A stretch of 53,229 bases of DNA from a virus. Lineage: Duplodnaviria; Caudoviricetes. Made by a program: the position numbers and the translations under genes. The notes beneath the pieces are model-generated. The model did no database searches. It was not told the origin of the DNA and was given only the letters and a program-made list of their open reading frames with translations. Numbering within the stretch: the first letter of the stretch is position 1; every line of letters starts with the position of its first letter. Below, one piece after another: positions 37,903 to 46,579 of the stretch. The stretch is from positions 1-53,229 of IMG/VR virus record IMGVR_UViG_3300027690_000140, one strand, 5' to 3'.

Positions 37903-38659
37903 GATGCAAAGAAGTAGAGATTCTGTTATTAGCTATTTTTATGTAATTTGGATTAATTTCGGTTGCGATAAAATTCCGATTATATTTTATACAACTGATA
38001 CATTCCGAACCACTTCCCGCAAAAGGAATATAAACAATGTCTTTAGGATTACTAAAATGTTTTACAATCCTATCACTGAGCGCAAGTGGTTTTTGAGTTG
38101 GATGTTCAACTTTTTCATCCTTAAATCTTTTACCTGCAAGCGTTGGAAGTTGCCATACATCTCCAGCTAATCTGCCTTCTGAATTTGGCATCCATTCTTT
38201 TCCATTTTTAATTATTTTGTTTCTTAGTCGCTCTTGACTTTTATATGGTTCACGAATTTGGTGAAAAGTAAAATTATCTGTCTTACTAAACCATAAAATT
38301 GGCTCATAGAATGCATTTAATGTTTTATAACCAGAAAAACCATTTTCATAATTCCAAATAATTTGTCTTCTATAACGCATATTCATCTCATAAAGATAGC
38401 ATTGTATATAGCATTGATAATGATGAATACCATAAATAAAGATATTACCATTAGGTTTTAAAATACGGATACTTTCATCAATCCATTGTTTACTCCAGCA
38501 TAACCAATCTTGAACACTTTCCCAAAAGTCACTTCTATTACCAAAATCTTTCTTTAAATTATAGGGAGGATCGGCAATAATCAGATCTACTGATTCTTCT
38601 TCCATTTCCTGCATAAAGGTTATACAATTCTGTAAATAGATTTTATTTAACTCCTTCAT
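37880..38659 (-). CDS. DNA amino-methyltransferase (beta class)
   Basis: DPPY, HPTQKP and PFAGSGS motifs. Confidence 0.95.
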   Translation of the reverse strand: MKELNKIYLQNCITFMQEMEEESVDLIIADPPYNLKKDFGNRSDFWESVQDWLCWSKQWIDESIRILKPNGNIFIYGIHHYQCYIQCYLYEMNMRYRRQIIWNYENGFSGYKTLNAFYEPILWFSKTDNFTFHQIREPYKSQERLRNKIIKNGKEWMPNSEGRLAGDVWQLPTLAGKRFKDEKVEHPTQKPLALSDRIVKHFSNPKDIVYIPFAGSGSECISCIKYNRNFIATEINPNYIKIANNRISTSLHHDKITKS

Positions 38660-38664
38660 AGTTT

Positions 38665-39531
38665 TTACTTTTGAAAGATTAGGATGTATTGGTGATGAAT
38701 ATTTTCTACATAAGAAAATGGATATCCATAAGGAAATAGTTTTTTAGCGTTCTGAATTAGTACTTTTATACCTTTCAATTGAAATCTATTTTTAAGCTTT
38801 TTATCTATTAACTTATTTAAAAGATCAGAGTGAAAAGGATAAAATTCTGACTTATGTCTGAAATCACTTACAATTATACACATATATTTTCCTTGCTTTA
38901 ATAAGTCGTGACAACTTAAAAATATATTTGAAAGTTCGTCAATAAACTTTCTATATTCAGTAATATTACCTAAATCATCCTTGTTTTCGCTATATTTTGT
39001 ATCTTGCCCATTCTTCACTCTTACATTTGCTTTATGGTCTCTCTTTTCGAGAATATTCCAATAGGGTGGTGATGTTACTATAAAGTCAAAAAAATCTTTT
39101 TCAAACATTTCATTTATTTTTCTACTATCGCCACAAATTAAATGTTTTTGATCAATTATAAAATTAGACTCTTCTTTTAAACGATTCTGAGTAATTTCAC
39201 ACCATTTTTTTGAGAGTTCCACTCCAAATCCTTCTCTTTCAAGTTCAACACAAGCTTTAATAGTTGATCCAACACCTAAGAATGGATCTAAGATTCTTCC
39301 TCCTTTTTTTGTGAAAAAACGAATTAGTTTCATGATATCTGTGTATGAAAAAGGTGCAGGATGCATCTTTTCGTATTTTGCCTCAGGGCTTCCAGCTCCA
39401 AGACCCTTTTGATAAAAATAACTTTTTGTTTCTTGGATCCATTCTGTTGAAGTTAATTCGTTTAAAGCATTTCTTTTATCAATAAAAGAATTATTTGTGT
39501 TTTTAATTTTTTCTATTTCAAACATGTCCAA
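38665..39531 (-). CDS. DNA amino-methyltransferase (likely m4C)
   Basis: HPAPF, DPFLGVGS then TSPPY. Confidence 0.93.
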   Translation of the reverse strand: MDMFEIEKIKNTNNSFIDKRNALNELTSTEWIQETKSYFYQKGLGAGSPEAKYEKMHPAPFSYTDIMKLIRFFTKKGGRILDPFLGVGSTIKACVELEREGFGVELSKKWCEITQNRLKEESNFIIDQKHLICGDSRKINEMFEKDFFDFIVTSPPYWNILEKRDHKANVRVKNGQDTKYSENKDDLGNITEYRKFIDELSNIFLSCHDLLKQGKYMCIIVSDFRHKSEFYPFHSDLLNKLIDKKLKNRFQLKGIKVLIQNAKKLFPYGYPFSYVENIHHQYILIFQK

Positions 39532-39659
39532 TTATCTATATTTTCATTACTTTTTAAAATTATACTATCCTTTGTAATTTATATCTTCAAAGATAGGAAA
39601 CTTATTCTACTTCATTTCTTAAATTTTTAAACACTTTATAAAAACATCCTGAATCCAGC

Positions 39660-39848
39660 TTACTGAAATGAACATACCTGCAAACATCCCGCATCCACCT
39701 CGTCATTCGGGTGATATGTTGATGCAGCATTCCGCCAGTCTTTCTCCATCCATCTATCTACTTCCTTATCGGAATTTGTGTCCTTTACTTTATAAGCCAT
39801 CACGGTGTAACACGATTCGTGTACCAGCTTCCAGAGGGAGTATTTCAT
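39660..39848 (-). CDS. Hypothetical protein
   Basis: ATGA-coupled to the upstream ORF. Confidence 0.5.
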   Translation of the reverse strand: MKYSLWKLVHESCYTVMAYKVKDTNSDKEVDRWMEKDWRNAASTYHPNDEVDAGCLQVCSFQ

Positions 39849-40174
39849 ATGCTGATTCCGGATTTTATGTGATCTCTAAACGGTAGATGCTCTAAAAAAT
39901 ACTTATACAAATCAACGTACTTCCCTTCCACATTCAGGATATAGAGGGAGTTCAGATTATCCAGGGCATCGTATTTATCAAACTTACCTTCATATTCGCC
40001 GGATTCGTTAAGTTCTTCCGCCCATTGCGTAAATGATTTCACCCTGTTTCGCTTTTTCCAGTCATACTTAATAAGCTGGCAAAGTTTTTTCGGGGTATCG
40101 ATCACTGACGCACCATTGATTTTGGTAGTGTGATCAATTACTCGACCGTCTGGTAACAAGATTGAAAATTTCAT
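39845..40174 (-). CDS. Hypothetical early protein
   Basis: Leader motif directly before the ATG. Confidence 0.8.
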   Translation of the reverse strand: MKFSILLPDGRVIDHTTKINGASVIDTPKKLCQLIKYDWKKRNRVKSFTQWAEELNESGEYEGKFDKYDALDNLNSLYILNVEGKYVDLYKYFLEHLPFRDHIKSGISI

Positions 40175-40190
40175 GATTGCGTGATTTTGG

Positions 40191-40445
40191 TTAATTTTTA
40201 CATAATTCTAATTTCCAATCATAAACTAATTTATTTAATCGCTTCTCAAATGATTCAAATGTTTTAGAACTATGAATAATTTTGCCATTGAATAAAATTT
40301 TATAACCAACAAATGGTGTGCGAGGCTCAAACCATATTTCAGCAATTCTTATATCATCTTTTTGTATAGTTTCTTGAAATTTTTCATTACTAAACTCTAA
40401 ATGATTACCGTTAAGCATTTCTCGTTTTAATTCTTTTGTTTTCAT
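40191..40445 (-). CDS. Hypothetical early protein (start corrected to 40445, MKTKELKRE)
   Basis: Leader motif precedes the ATG at 40445; the ORF-track extension NQNHAIM is the motif itself. Confidence 0.8.
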   Translation of the reverse strand: MKTKELKREMLNGNHLEFSNEKFQETIQKDDIRIAEIWFEPRTPFVGYKILFNGKIIHSSKTFESFEKRLNKLVYDWKLELCKN

Positions 40446-40464
40446 GATTGCGTGATTTTGGTTG

Positions 40465-40689
40465 TTACTGCCATAAGTAGTTTTCATTCACCTGAGTGAT
40501 TCCAAATGATGTTTCAACTTCAACCATCGAAACATCTTGCATTAACTCAGTAACGGTTTCCATGTTACCGGTAATCTTTAGTATGTCAATTACTTGATTT
40601 CCTTTTTCATCCAACACCATACAGATATTGGATTTTGCAGGTTTACTAACATCAAACCTTGTGCCTTTTGCAGTTGTGATCATTTTCAT
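40465..40689 (-). CDS. Hypothetical early protein (start corrected to 40689, MKMITTAKG)
   Basis: Leader motif precedes the ATG at 40689. Confidence 0.8.
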   Translation of the reverse strand: MKMITTAKGTRFDVSKPAKSNICMVLDEKGNQVIDILKITGNMETVTELMQDVSMVEVETSFGITQVNENYLWQ

Positions 40690-40705
40690 AATTGCATGAT
40701 TTTGG

Positions 40706-40909
40706 TTATGCAAATTTCTTACAATATTCATTATAGAATTTCTCTGCTTCTTCAAGCGTGTCAAACACTCCGAGGCAGTTGTCATACTCTGATACGGAGT
40801 ATTCACCGGTTTTGAGATAGTCCAGGTACATTACTGCACCATCGAAACTATCGGACTTAATTGTGTCCTCAATCAGATGGTCGATTTCTTCAAAGCTACT
40901 TGTTCTCAT
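40706..40909 (-). CDS. Hypothetical acidic early protein
   Basis: Leader motif and promoter; D/E-rich. Confidence 0.8.
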   Translation of the reverse strand: MRTSSFEEIDHLIEDTIKSDSFDGAVMYLDYLKTGEYSVSEYDNCLGVFDTLEEAEKFYNEYCKKFA

Positions 40910-40936
40910 AATTTGTGATTTTGGTTGTTTGTATTG

Positions 40937-41001
40937 CTAACTTACTAAATATAAATGATATAAACAAATTTAATGACATGAATTTTATACTAAAAAGCAT
41001 A
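40937..41001 (-). promoter_or_regulatory. Promoter (TTTG-N20-TAAGTTAG) plus 16-bp box TATACTAAAAAGCATA (40986-41001)
   Basis: Same geometry as the promoters at 1449, 2566 and 7579. Confidence 0.75.
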
Positions 41002-41131
41002 TTTTATATTAATTCTTAAAGCTTAATTATTAACTTATCAATATCTGAAAGTACAGATTAATTTTTTTTATCTTTGATATATCCTAATGCTTATAATCAA
41101 TTTTGAAGGTTTAATGAAAAACTGAACTGCT

Positions 41132-42265
41132 ATGAAATTCCTAACCTTAATGTTTTTATTTACAATTTTTACTATAAACCTTTTTGGTCAATCAAAAATT
41201 AAAAAATTTGATGTGCAAGAGAATGGTTTTAATGTAAAGGTAAATTATAATCCAATTGTGGATGAATTATCTCAAAATGGATTGTTGATTAAAATAATAC
41301 CAATATCAGCAGATGAATTAAATGCACAATTTTTGAAAGAAGCAGCACTTAATGGCAAGTTTGAATATTCATACTATGAAAATTCACGTGCTTCTTATTT
41401 CATGAAGAGAAGAAACCGAATTGAAGAAAAAACAGATTTAGTTTTTTTACTTGAAGGTGTAAAATGGCTTTTTGAAAAAGAACAAATAAACAATGAAGAA
41501 TATAATGAATTAACTAAACAAATTATTCTTTATTTTGATGAAGAATCAAATCAAGGATTAAATAATATTAAAAAATTAACTCTTACAAATCCATTTTTTA
41601 TTGGTGATAAATTTTTAAATGTTTTTAGAATTGAAATTACTAACAATACTAATTCCTTTAAGAATTTTAATAATGAGATTATTATAGAAAATAATAACCA
41701 AATTTTAAAACCTCTTTCTGATGATGAAATAATTTTATTGTTAAAAAATGCAGAATTACTTAATAACCAAAAAGTTCAATCCCTAATAAGACATAACTTG
41801 CCAAGAGTATTAACAATTCCCCCAAATTCAAAATTTGAAAAAATGTTCGCAATATTGCCTATAGATTATGAGAATGATGCATTATTAATATCATTTTCCG
41901 GAAATGAAACTAAATTTCGATGGGATATTACAAAACAAGCCGAGTTAATAAATGAAATCTATTCCTATTATGAATTAGAAATACAATATTACTATGAAGC
42001 AAGACTCTTGGAGCCTGCAATAATTTTTACTGTTCTAAAAACCCCAGAATCCTCATGTTTTATAGATAATAATGCATTATTTGTGGATGTAAATTATACA
42101 TCTGATAATATTGAACTATTTTCTTTATTGCTCTATTATAATAAATTGTACTATAAAAGAAGTTCAGGGAAAGTTGAAAATCATTTCGATTTCGAAAAGA
42201 ATAAAAGAACTCCTATAACAATTACCACTAATTTAATTGATGATATAAAAAAGAAAGAAAAATAA
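41132..42265 (+). CDS. Exported hypothetical protein (moron)
   Basis: Signal peptide ending LFGQ; AT-rich; opposite strand to the phage genes. Confidence 0.75.
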   Translation: MKFLTLMFLFTIFTINLFGQSKIKKFDVQENGFNVKVNYNPIVDELSQNGLLIKIIPISADELNAQFLKEAALNGKFEYSYYENSRASYFMKRRNRIEEKTDLVFLLEGVKWLFEKEQINNEEYNELTKQIILYFDEESNQGLNNIKKLTLTNPFFIGDKFLNVFRIEITNNTNSFKNFNNEIIIENNNQILKPLSDDEIILLLKNAELLNNQKVQSLIRHNLPRVLTIPPNSKFEKMFAILPIDYENDALLISFSGNETKFRWDITKQAELINEIYSYYELEIQYYYEARLLEPAIIFTVLKTPESSCFIDNNALFVDVNYTSDNIELFSLLLYYNKLYYKRSSGKVENHFDFEKNKRTPITITTNLIDDIKKKEK

Positions 42266-42316
42266 TTTGATCTAATTTTTAAAGACTTTAATAAGTGTAT
42301 TCCATTATTGATAGAA

Positions 42317-42781
42317 TTATTTTGTCTTGAAATTTATTGTTAATTGATTGGTATTTCCCTTATACTTTATTGTGCGATTCCGATGCTTCCGATCATATTC
42401 ATTATGACATTTCTGACACATAGCTTTTAGATTTTCTTCCTCGCAATTCTTCGGATTATGGTCAAGGTGTGCGACAGTGAGAACAATAACGATGTATTTA
42501 TATCCCATTTCATCTGTCTGGGTATGAAAATCCGCAATTTCTTTAGCTTCCTTATACGATAACATTTCCCCGGTCAACGGATCAATTCCGTTTCCTTGAT
42601 CTTCAGCAACAATATTTCCGGAAAGTGGAATAAAAATTCCTTTTTCATCCCGATATCCGACAGAATGATTCCTTACTCCGCATACCTCACATTTATTACC
42701 AGCCCTTACAAAACGGATATATTCTGATATTTCTTTCCAGTTTTTGGGATAGAGTTTTTTATTCTCGTGAAGGATAGGCAT
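42317..42781 (-). CDS. HNH-type endonuclease
   Basis: CEVCG...LTVAHLDHNP.N...NL.AMCQKCH. Confidence 0.85.
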   Translation of the reverse strand: MPILHENKKLYPKNWKEISEYIRFVRAGNKCEVCGVRNHSVGYRDEKGIFIPLSGNIVAEDQGNGIDPLTGEMLSYKEAKEIADFHTQTDEMGYKYIVIVLTVAHLDHNPKNCEEENLKAMCQKCHNEYDRKHRNRTIKYKGNTNQLTINFKTK

Positions 42782-42787
42782 ACATGA

Positions 42788-43018
42788 TTATTGTATTGCC
42801 TCAGTCAGGTTGTCCATAGCTTCTTCAATATTATCTATTGCGGATTGAAGATTGTCAACAGCCTGTTCTGATAATTGGTATTTCTCAGAGTTCTGGAGAT
42901 TCTCAGGCATATTATCCAAATATTCCTGTTCTTCATTCATAAGCTCTTCCAGGTTGTTTTGCAGACCATAAAGCTGATCTTTTAATTCTTCAATTTGCGC
43001 CCTTCTTGTCTTATTCAT
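42788..43018 (-). CDS. Conserved phage coiled-coil protein
   Basis: MNKTRR...EEQE..DNMPENLQ.SE motif. Confidence 0.75.
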   Translation of the reverse strand: MNKTRRAQIEELKDQLYGLQNNLEELMNEEQEYLDNMPENLQNSEKYQLSEQAVDNLQSAIDNIEEAMDNLTEAIQ

Positions 43019-43020
43019 TT

Positions 43021-43692
43021 CTAAAAAAGTTTTGCCTGCGAATTATCATCGGATTTGGAATTAAAGTTCTTTTGTGATTCCGGAAATACAAACCCAGGGA
43101 GCGTCTTGCAATTTTGCTGTGCCTGTCTTTCTTCCTCCGATAACTGAAAGAATTTCTCATGCCATTCTTTACGTTCTTTTTCAAACTCCACAGGGGCAAA
43201 TGGTTCAACCTTACTTCCTTCATCATGGAAATACTGAATGCCTCTGCCTTTGGATTTTCCCTTTCTTGTATGAACATCCAAAGCATAATCCGGAATCTCC
43301 AGATTGTGTGTATCGTGTTTATGAAAGAAATAATTCTTGCTCCAGTCGCAAATCCTTGACTTTTTCGCCCTGCATAGCAGTATAACTGCATGAAACAGCA
43401 TGAGCCTTATCTGATCACCGGTTTTTTCATTTTTGAGTTGAAAATAGGTATCGTGCAAGGCTTTTATTGTTGCCGGCATCATAGGTTCGGCAATCCCGAC
43501 ATCTTCACTGGTAATAATGAGTATTCTTTTCCATAGATACTTATCATATCCAGTATTATACAATTCCTGCGCCCAATAACAGGCATCTTCTTCTTTGTTT
43601 CTTCGGACGGATTTTTGAAAAGCTGAGCTTACCTCAAAAAAATCGTATCCTTTTTTAGTGAAAAGTTTGAAGTCTTTTTTCTCGTTACTCAT
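43021..43692 (-). CDS. Stand-alone MgsA/RarA C-terminal-like domain protein
   Basis: SAFQKSVRR....ACYW...WKRILIITSEDVGIAEP; no Walker motifs. Confidence 0.75.
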   Translation of the reverse strand: MSNEKKDFKLFTKKGYDFFEVSSAFQKSVRRNKEEDACYWAQELYNTGYDKYLWKRILIITSEDVGIAEPMMPATIKALHDTYFQLKNEKTGDQIRLMLFHAVILLCRAKKSRICDWSKNYFFHKHDTHNLEIPDYALDVHTRKGKSKGRGIQYFHDEGSKVEPFAPVEFEKERKEWHEKFFQLSEEERQAQQNCKTLPGFVFPESQKNFNSKSDDNSQAKLF

Positions 43693-43740
43693 GATTTATG
43701 ATTTTGGTTATCAATACAATATACGAATATTTGTTGATAT

Positions 43741-44511
43741 TTACAAGGGTTTCCGACAGGAATATTGCGAAATATCCAGGTCAATTTTATACCACCTGTC
43801 AATGGGTTTAAGTGCAAGTTTTGGAAAGTCTTTTTTAAGGTATTCATATGTGGATTGAGTTAATCCTGTGCGGTCAAGCATCTGAAATCCGCCTTTATTC
43901 GAACCATCCTTAAACTGAACCCCGATTCTTCCATAGAGCAGGGTATAATACCCGTCCCTGAGAACATACAGGTATAGTGCAGTATCATCATTATGCTTTA
44001 CGTTCTCATTCAGGTATAACAGGAACTTTGGACGTATGATCCACCCATGAAAAAGTTCACAATTCCGGTGAGTGTACTTTCTTGCTTTCCCGATGGATTC
44101 AAAGAGGTGGTTTTTCGGGTCAAGAAACCGTACTGCACCTAATTTCTCATCTCCAAAGTCCGGAACTATATCTTTAACAGACGAATTGAAAATTTGAGCC
44201 GAAAACCCTGTTTTCCCGTTGCTGAAATACTTCGAAATAAATCCACTGCAATCATCATCAACCCTGCATACCAGATCATAGCCGTTTTGGATAGCATAAT
44301 TCCCGATGAAGTTCATTGCATATCCAATTCCCTGGTCATTCTTTTCAATATTCACTAATTGTGTCTTGCCTATATTAAGTTTATAATGTACGTATTCAGA
44401 AGGCTCGACAAAAACCCGATAATCTATATCAATTTCATTAATCCATTTCAGGATGGTTTTCTGAAGGTCATAAGGACGTCCTTTTGAAGGTATTGCTAAT
44501 AGTGTTTTCAT
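43741..44511 (-). CDS. TAGT/GREB1-like GT-A glycosyltransferase
   Basis: IPSKGR start, DDD motif, GSNKGG. Confidence 0.8.
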   Translation of the reverse strand: MKTLLAIPSKGRPYDLQKTILKWINEIDIDYRVFVEPSEYVHYKLNIGKTQLVNIEKNDQGIGYAMNFIGNYAIQNGYDLVCRVDDDCSGFISKYFSNGKTGFSAQIFNSSVKDIVPDFGDEKLGAVRFLDPKNHLFESIGKARKYTHRNCELFHGWIIRPKFLLYLNENVKHNDDTALYLYVLRDGYYTLLYGRIGVQFKDGSNKGGFQMLDRTGLTQSTYEYLKKDFPKLALKPIDRWYKIDLDISQYSCRKPL

Positions 44512-45260
44512 CAGTAGGGGAATATAAGTGAACGTTCACCTTCATGGACTTTTTTCTTCGTTGGGCCAGAAGATTTAACCTGAACCACTTCCCCGAATAC
44601 TTTCCGGAGTTTGAGGGTGTTTTCCTTCATGGTTTCAATTGTCCGGTAGTCATTGCATCCCCCGATAGCATTGAAATTGTCCACCGTCATAAATGAGTAA
44701 CGGTTATCAATATAAACAAAGCGGTATTTGTACATTGCCAGACAAGTCATATAATGATCCTCTCCCTCTGAGAATCTGAGGTCATAACTCAGCGTATGCC
44801 CCTTAACAAACCCCATGAAGGAATTATTTACAAATCCGGTAAGGGATATGGGTTTCATCGGGTTGTATTCTACAGGATTTCTGATTTTTGAGAATCCGAA
44901 CAATCCTGTACCAAGGCTTTTAGCTGTTTCAGCATTTTCATAAATAAGCTCAAGGATAAGTTCTTTGTCTTTCACCCGAATTTTATCAGGATCTTCCTCA
45001 AAGTTTCTGCGGACTTCTGAAACATCATCATCAATCATAAAAAGATGATCTTCTTTCCACCTTTCCAGAATAAACTGCCTGGTTGCGGTAATTCCTTTGA
45101 TGTGATCCGGTGTGCCAACTACAGCACATTCTTTATTATGCTTCTTATATTCTGCAACCTCATTACCTGGTACGATCAGGATAAGCTGATCAATAAGGTT
45201 TTTGGTAAGCACTTTCGTTGCCCTGCCTTTACTGGGGCAAACAATGTCAATTCTTCTCAT
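44511..45260 (-). CDS. TAGT/GREB1-like GT-A glycosyltransferase
   Basis: PSKGRA, GITATRQFI, MIDDD, ED and GGC motifs. Confidence 0.85.
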   Translation of the reverse strand: MRRIDIVCPSKGRATKVLTKNLIDQLILIVPGNEVAEYKKHNKECAVVGTPDHIKGITATRQFILERWKEDHLFMIDDDVSEVRRNFEEDPDKIRVKDKELILELIYENAETAKSLGTGLFGFSKIRNPVEYNPMKPISLTGFVNNSFMGFVKGHTLSYDLRFSEGEDHYMTCLAMYKYRFVYIDNRYSFMTVDNFNAIGGCNDYRTIETMKENTLKLRKVFGEVVQVKSSGPTKKKVHEGERSLIFPY

Positions 45261-45894
45261 AACCTTCCAGTATTTTTTGAAAATGTTCCGCCGTAATCAC
45301 GTGCGTTTCCCCAATCTTGGAATTTTTATAACTTTTAGATTTTTCCAGTTTCAGTACATTTTTCAAGTAATTGTAGTCCAGTTCATTTTTGGCAAATATC
45401 ATGATCACGTTATAACTTTCAGAGAATTTCGGGACTATTGGCATTTCTGCATCAGCGTTTGTGATGGAGTTAAGTTTTGCTGAGTACGAATCCAGCCAGC
45501 TTGTTAGTTCTTTTTCTCTCCATCCGATTTCCAATAGCATTTCCTTTTCAAAGAATTCCCTTAAAAGTTCATTGTCAAACTCCCCCTGGTTTTTATTCAA
45601 CCGGAGGTTTAAGCGCTTTTCAGCCTCCAGTTCCAGTTCAACTTCTACTATCGGAACTTCTTCATACCCCAGTTCCCTGGCTACAATCAACCTTTGGTTG
45701 CCACCGATTACAATATTCTTTCGGTCTTTATGAATGTTTACTACCAGGGGCTGAACAAAACCGCTTTCCTGTAAACTTTGTTTAATTTGTTGTTTGTCGT
45801 GCGTACTGATTTTTCTCGGATTGTACTCCGCATGCCTGAGCTCCGTTATTTTCCGGTACACAATCTTCAGCTCGTGATGTTTTTCCTTTTTCAT
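45247..45894 (-). CDS. ParB-like N-terminal domain protein
   Basis: YNPRKI, GFVQPLVVN and IGGNQRL motifs. Confidence 0.9.
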   Translation of the reverse strand: MKKEKHHELKIVYRKITELRHAEYNPRKISTHDKQQIKQSLQESGFVQPLVVNIHKDRKNIVIGGNQRLIVARELGYEEVPIVEVELELEAEKRLNLRLNKNQGEFDNELLREFFEKEMLLEIGWREKELTSWLDSYSAKLNSITNADAEMPIVPKFSESYNVIMIFAKNELDYNYLKNVLKLEKSKSYKNSKIGETHVITAEHFQKILEGYEKN

Positions 45895-46369
45895 GATTAA
45901 ATTTTAAATACAATTTGACTTCAATGGCATTAAATTCATCCATCAGTTTTTTATCATATGAGGCAAGACAGCTTAACTGCTTCACATAGTGAGATACATT
46001 ACTTCCGTCTTTTTTGATTTCTACGGCGATCTTTTTTCTAAGCCCTTTTTTTATTTTGCTTCTTTGGGTTACATTTTGGATAACCGTCTTGAAATATTCA
46101 TAATCAAATACCTTTATCACGATATACACCAGTAAAAGGTTTGCCTTGACATATTCCCAATTTCTGGGAGTGTGTTTTCCTAATTTCTCAAGCGGAAGGT
46201 TATAATGAGAAAATATTTCCTTATGAAACCATGATATACTTGGTATTTCCATCCAAATAGGATCTGTGTTTGCGAGTTCATTTAAAATCTCTTTTCCTTT
46301 ATATTCCCCGACTATAGAAAGGTAATAATCACCGATCATCTGCCTTTCTTTCTCTGTGAATAAATACAT
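45782..46369 (-). CDS. Hypothetical protein
   Basis: ORF in the operon; 3' end overlaps the ParB gene by ~110 nt. Confidence 0.6.
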   Translation of the reverse strand: MYLFTEKERQMIGDYYLSIVGEYKGKEILNELANTDPIWMEIPSISWFHKEIFSHYNLPLEKLGKHTPRNWEYVKANLLLVYIVIKVFDYEYFKTVIQNVTQRSKIKKGLRKKIAVEIKKDGSNVSHYVKQLSCLASYDKKLMDEFNAIEVKLYLKFNHEKGKTSRAEDCVPENNGAQACGVQSEKNQYARQTTN

Positions 46370-46370
46370 A

Positions 46371-46577
46371 CTACCTGATTCTTTCTTTTGTCTTTTCTTT
46401 CGCCAAAAAAAAATCCTTATCCTTATGGAAGTATTTAAACCTGTCCCATATTTGTTTTGCTTCCTCTAAACTCTGTGCGTTATTCATCAGCTTAATTGCG
46501 GATTTCTTGAATCCTTCCACAATCCGCTGAACATCTTTGGTTTTACCTTCTATTGTAATGGTGATCTCTTCTGACAT
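46371..46577 (-). CDS. Hypothetical protein
   Basis: Tightly packed ORF. Confidence 0.65.
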   Translation of the reverse strand: MSEEITITIEGKTKDVQRIVEGFKKSAIKLMNNAQSLEEAKQIWDRFKYFHKDKDFFLAKEKTKERIR

Positions 46578-46579
46578 GC

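Noticed and set aside
40117-40126. Intragenic TGATTTTGGT match (and a near match at ~50572-50584 in ssb)
   Set aside because: Inside coding sequence and not at a credible gene start; may be chance, so not counted
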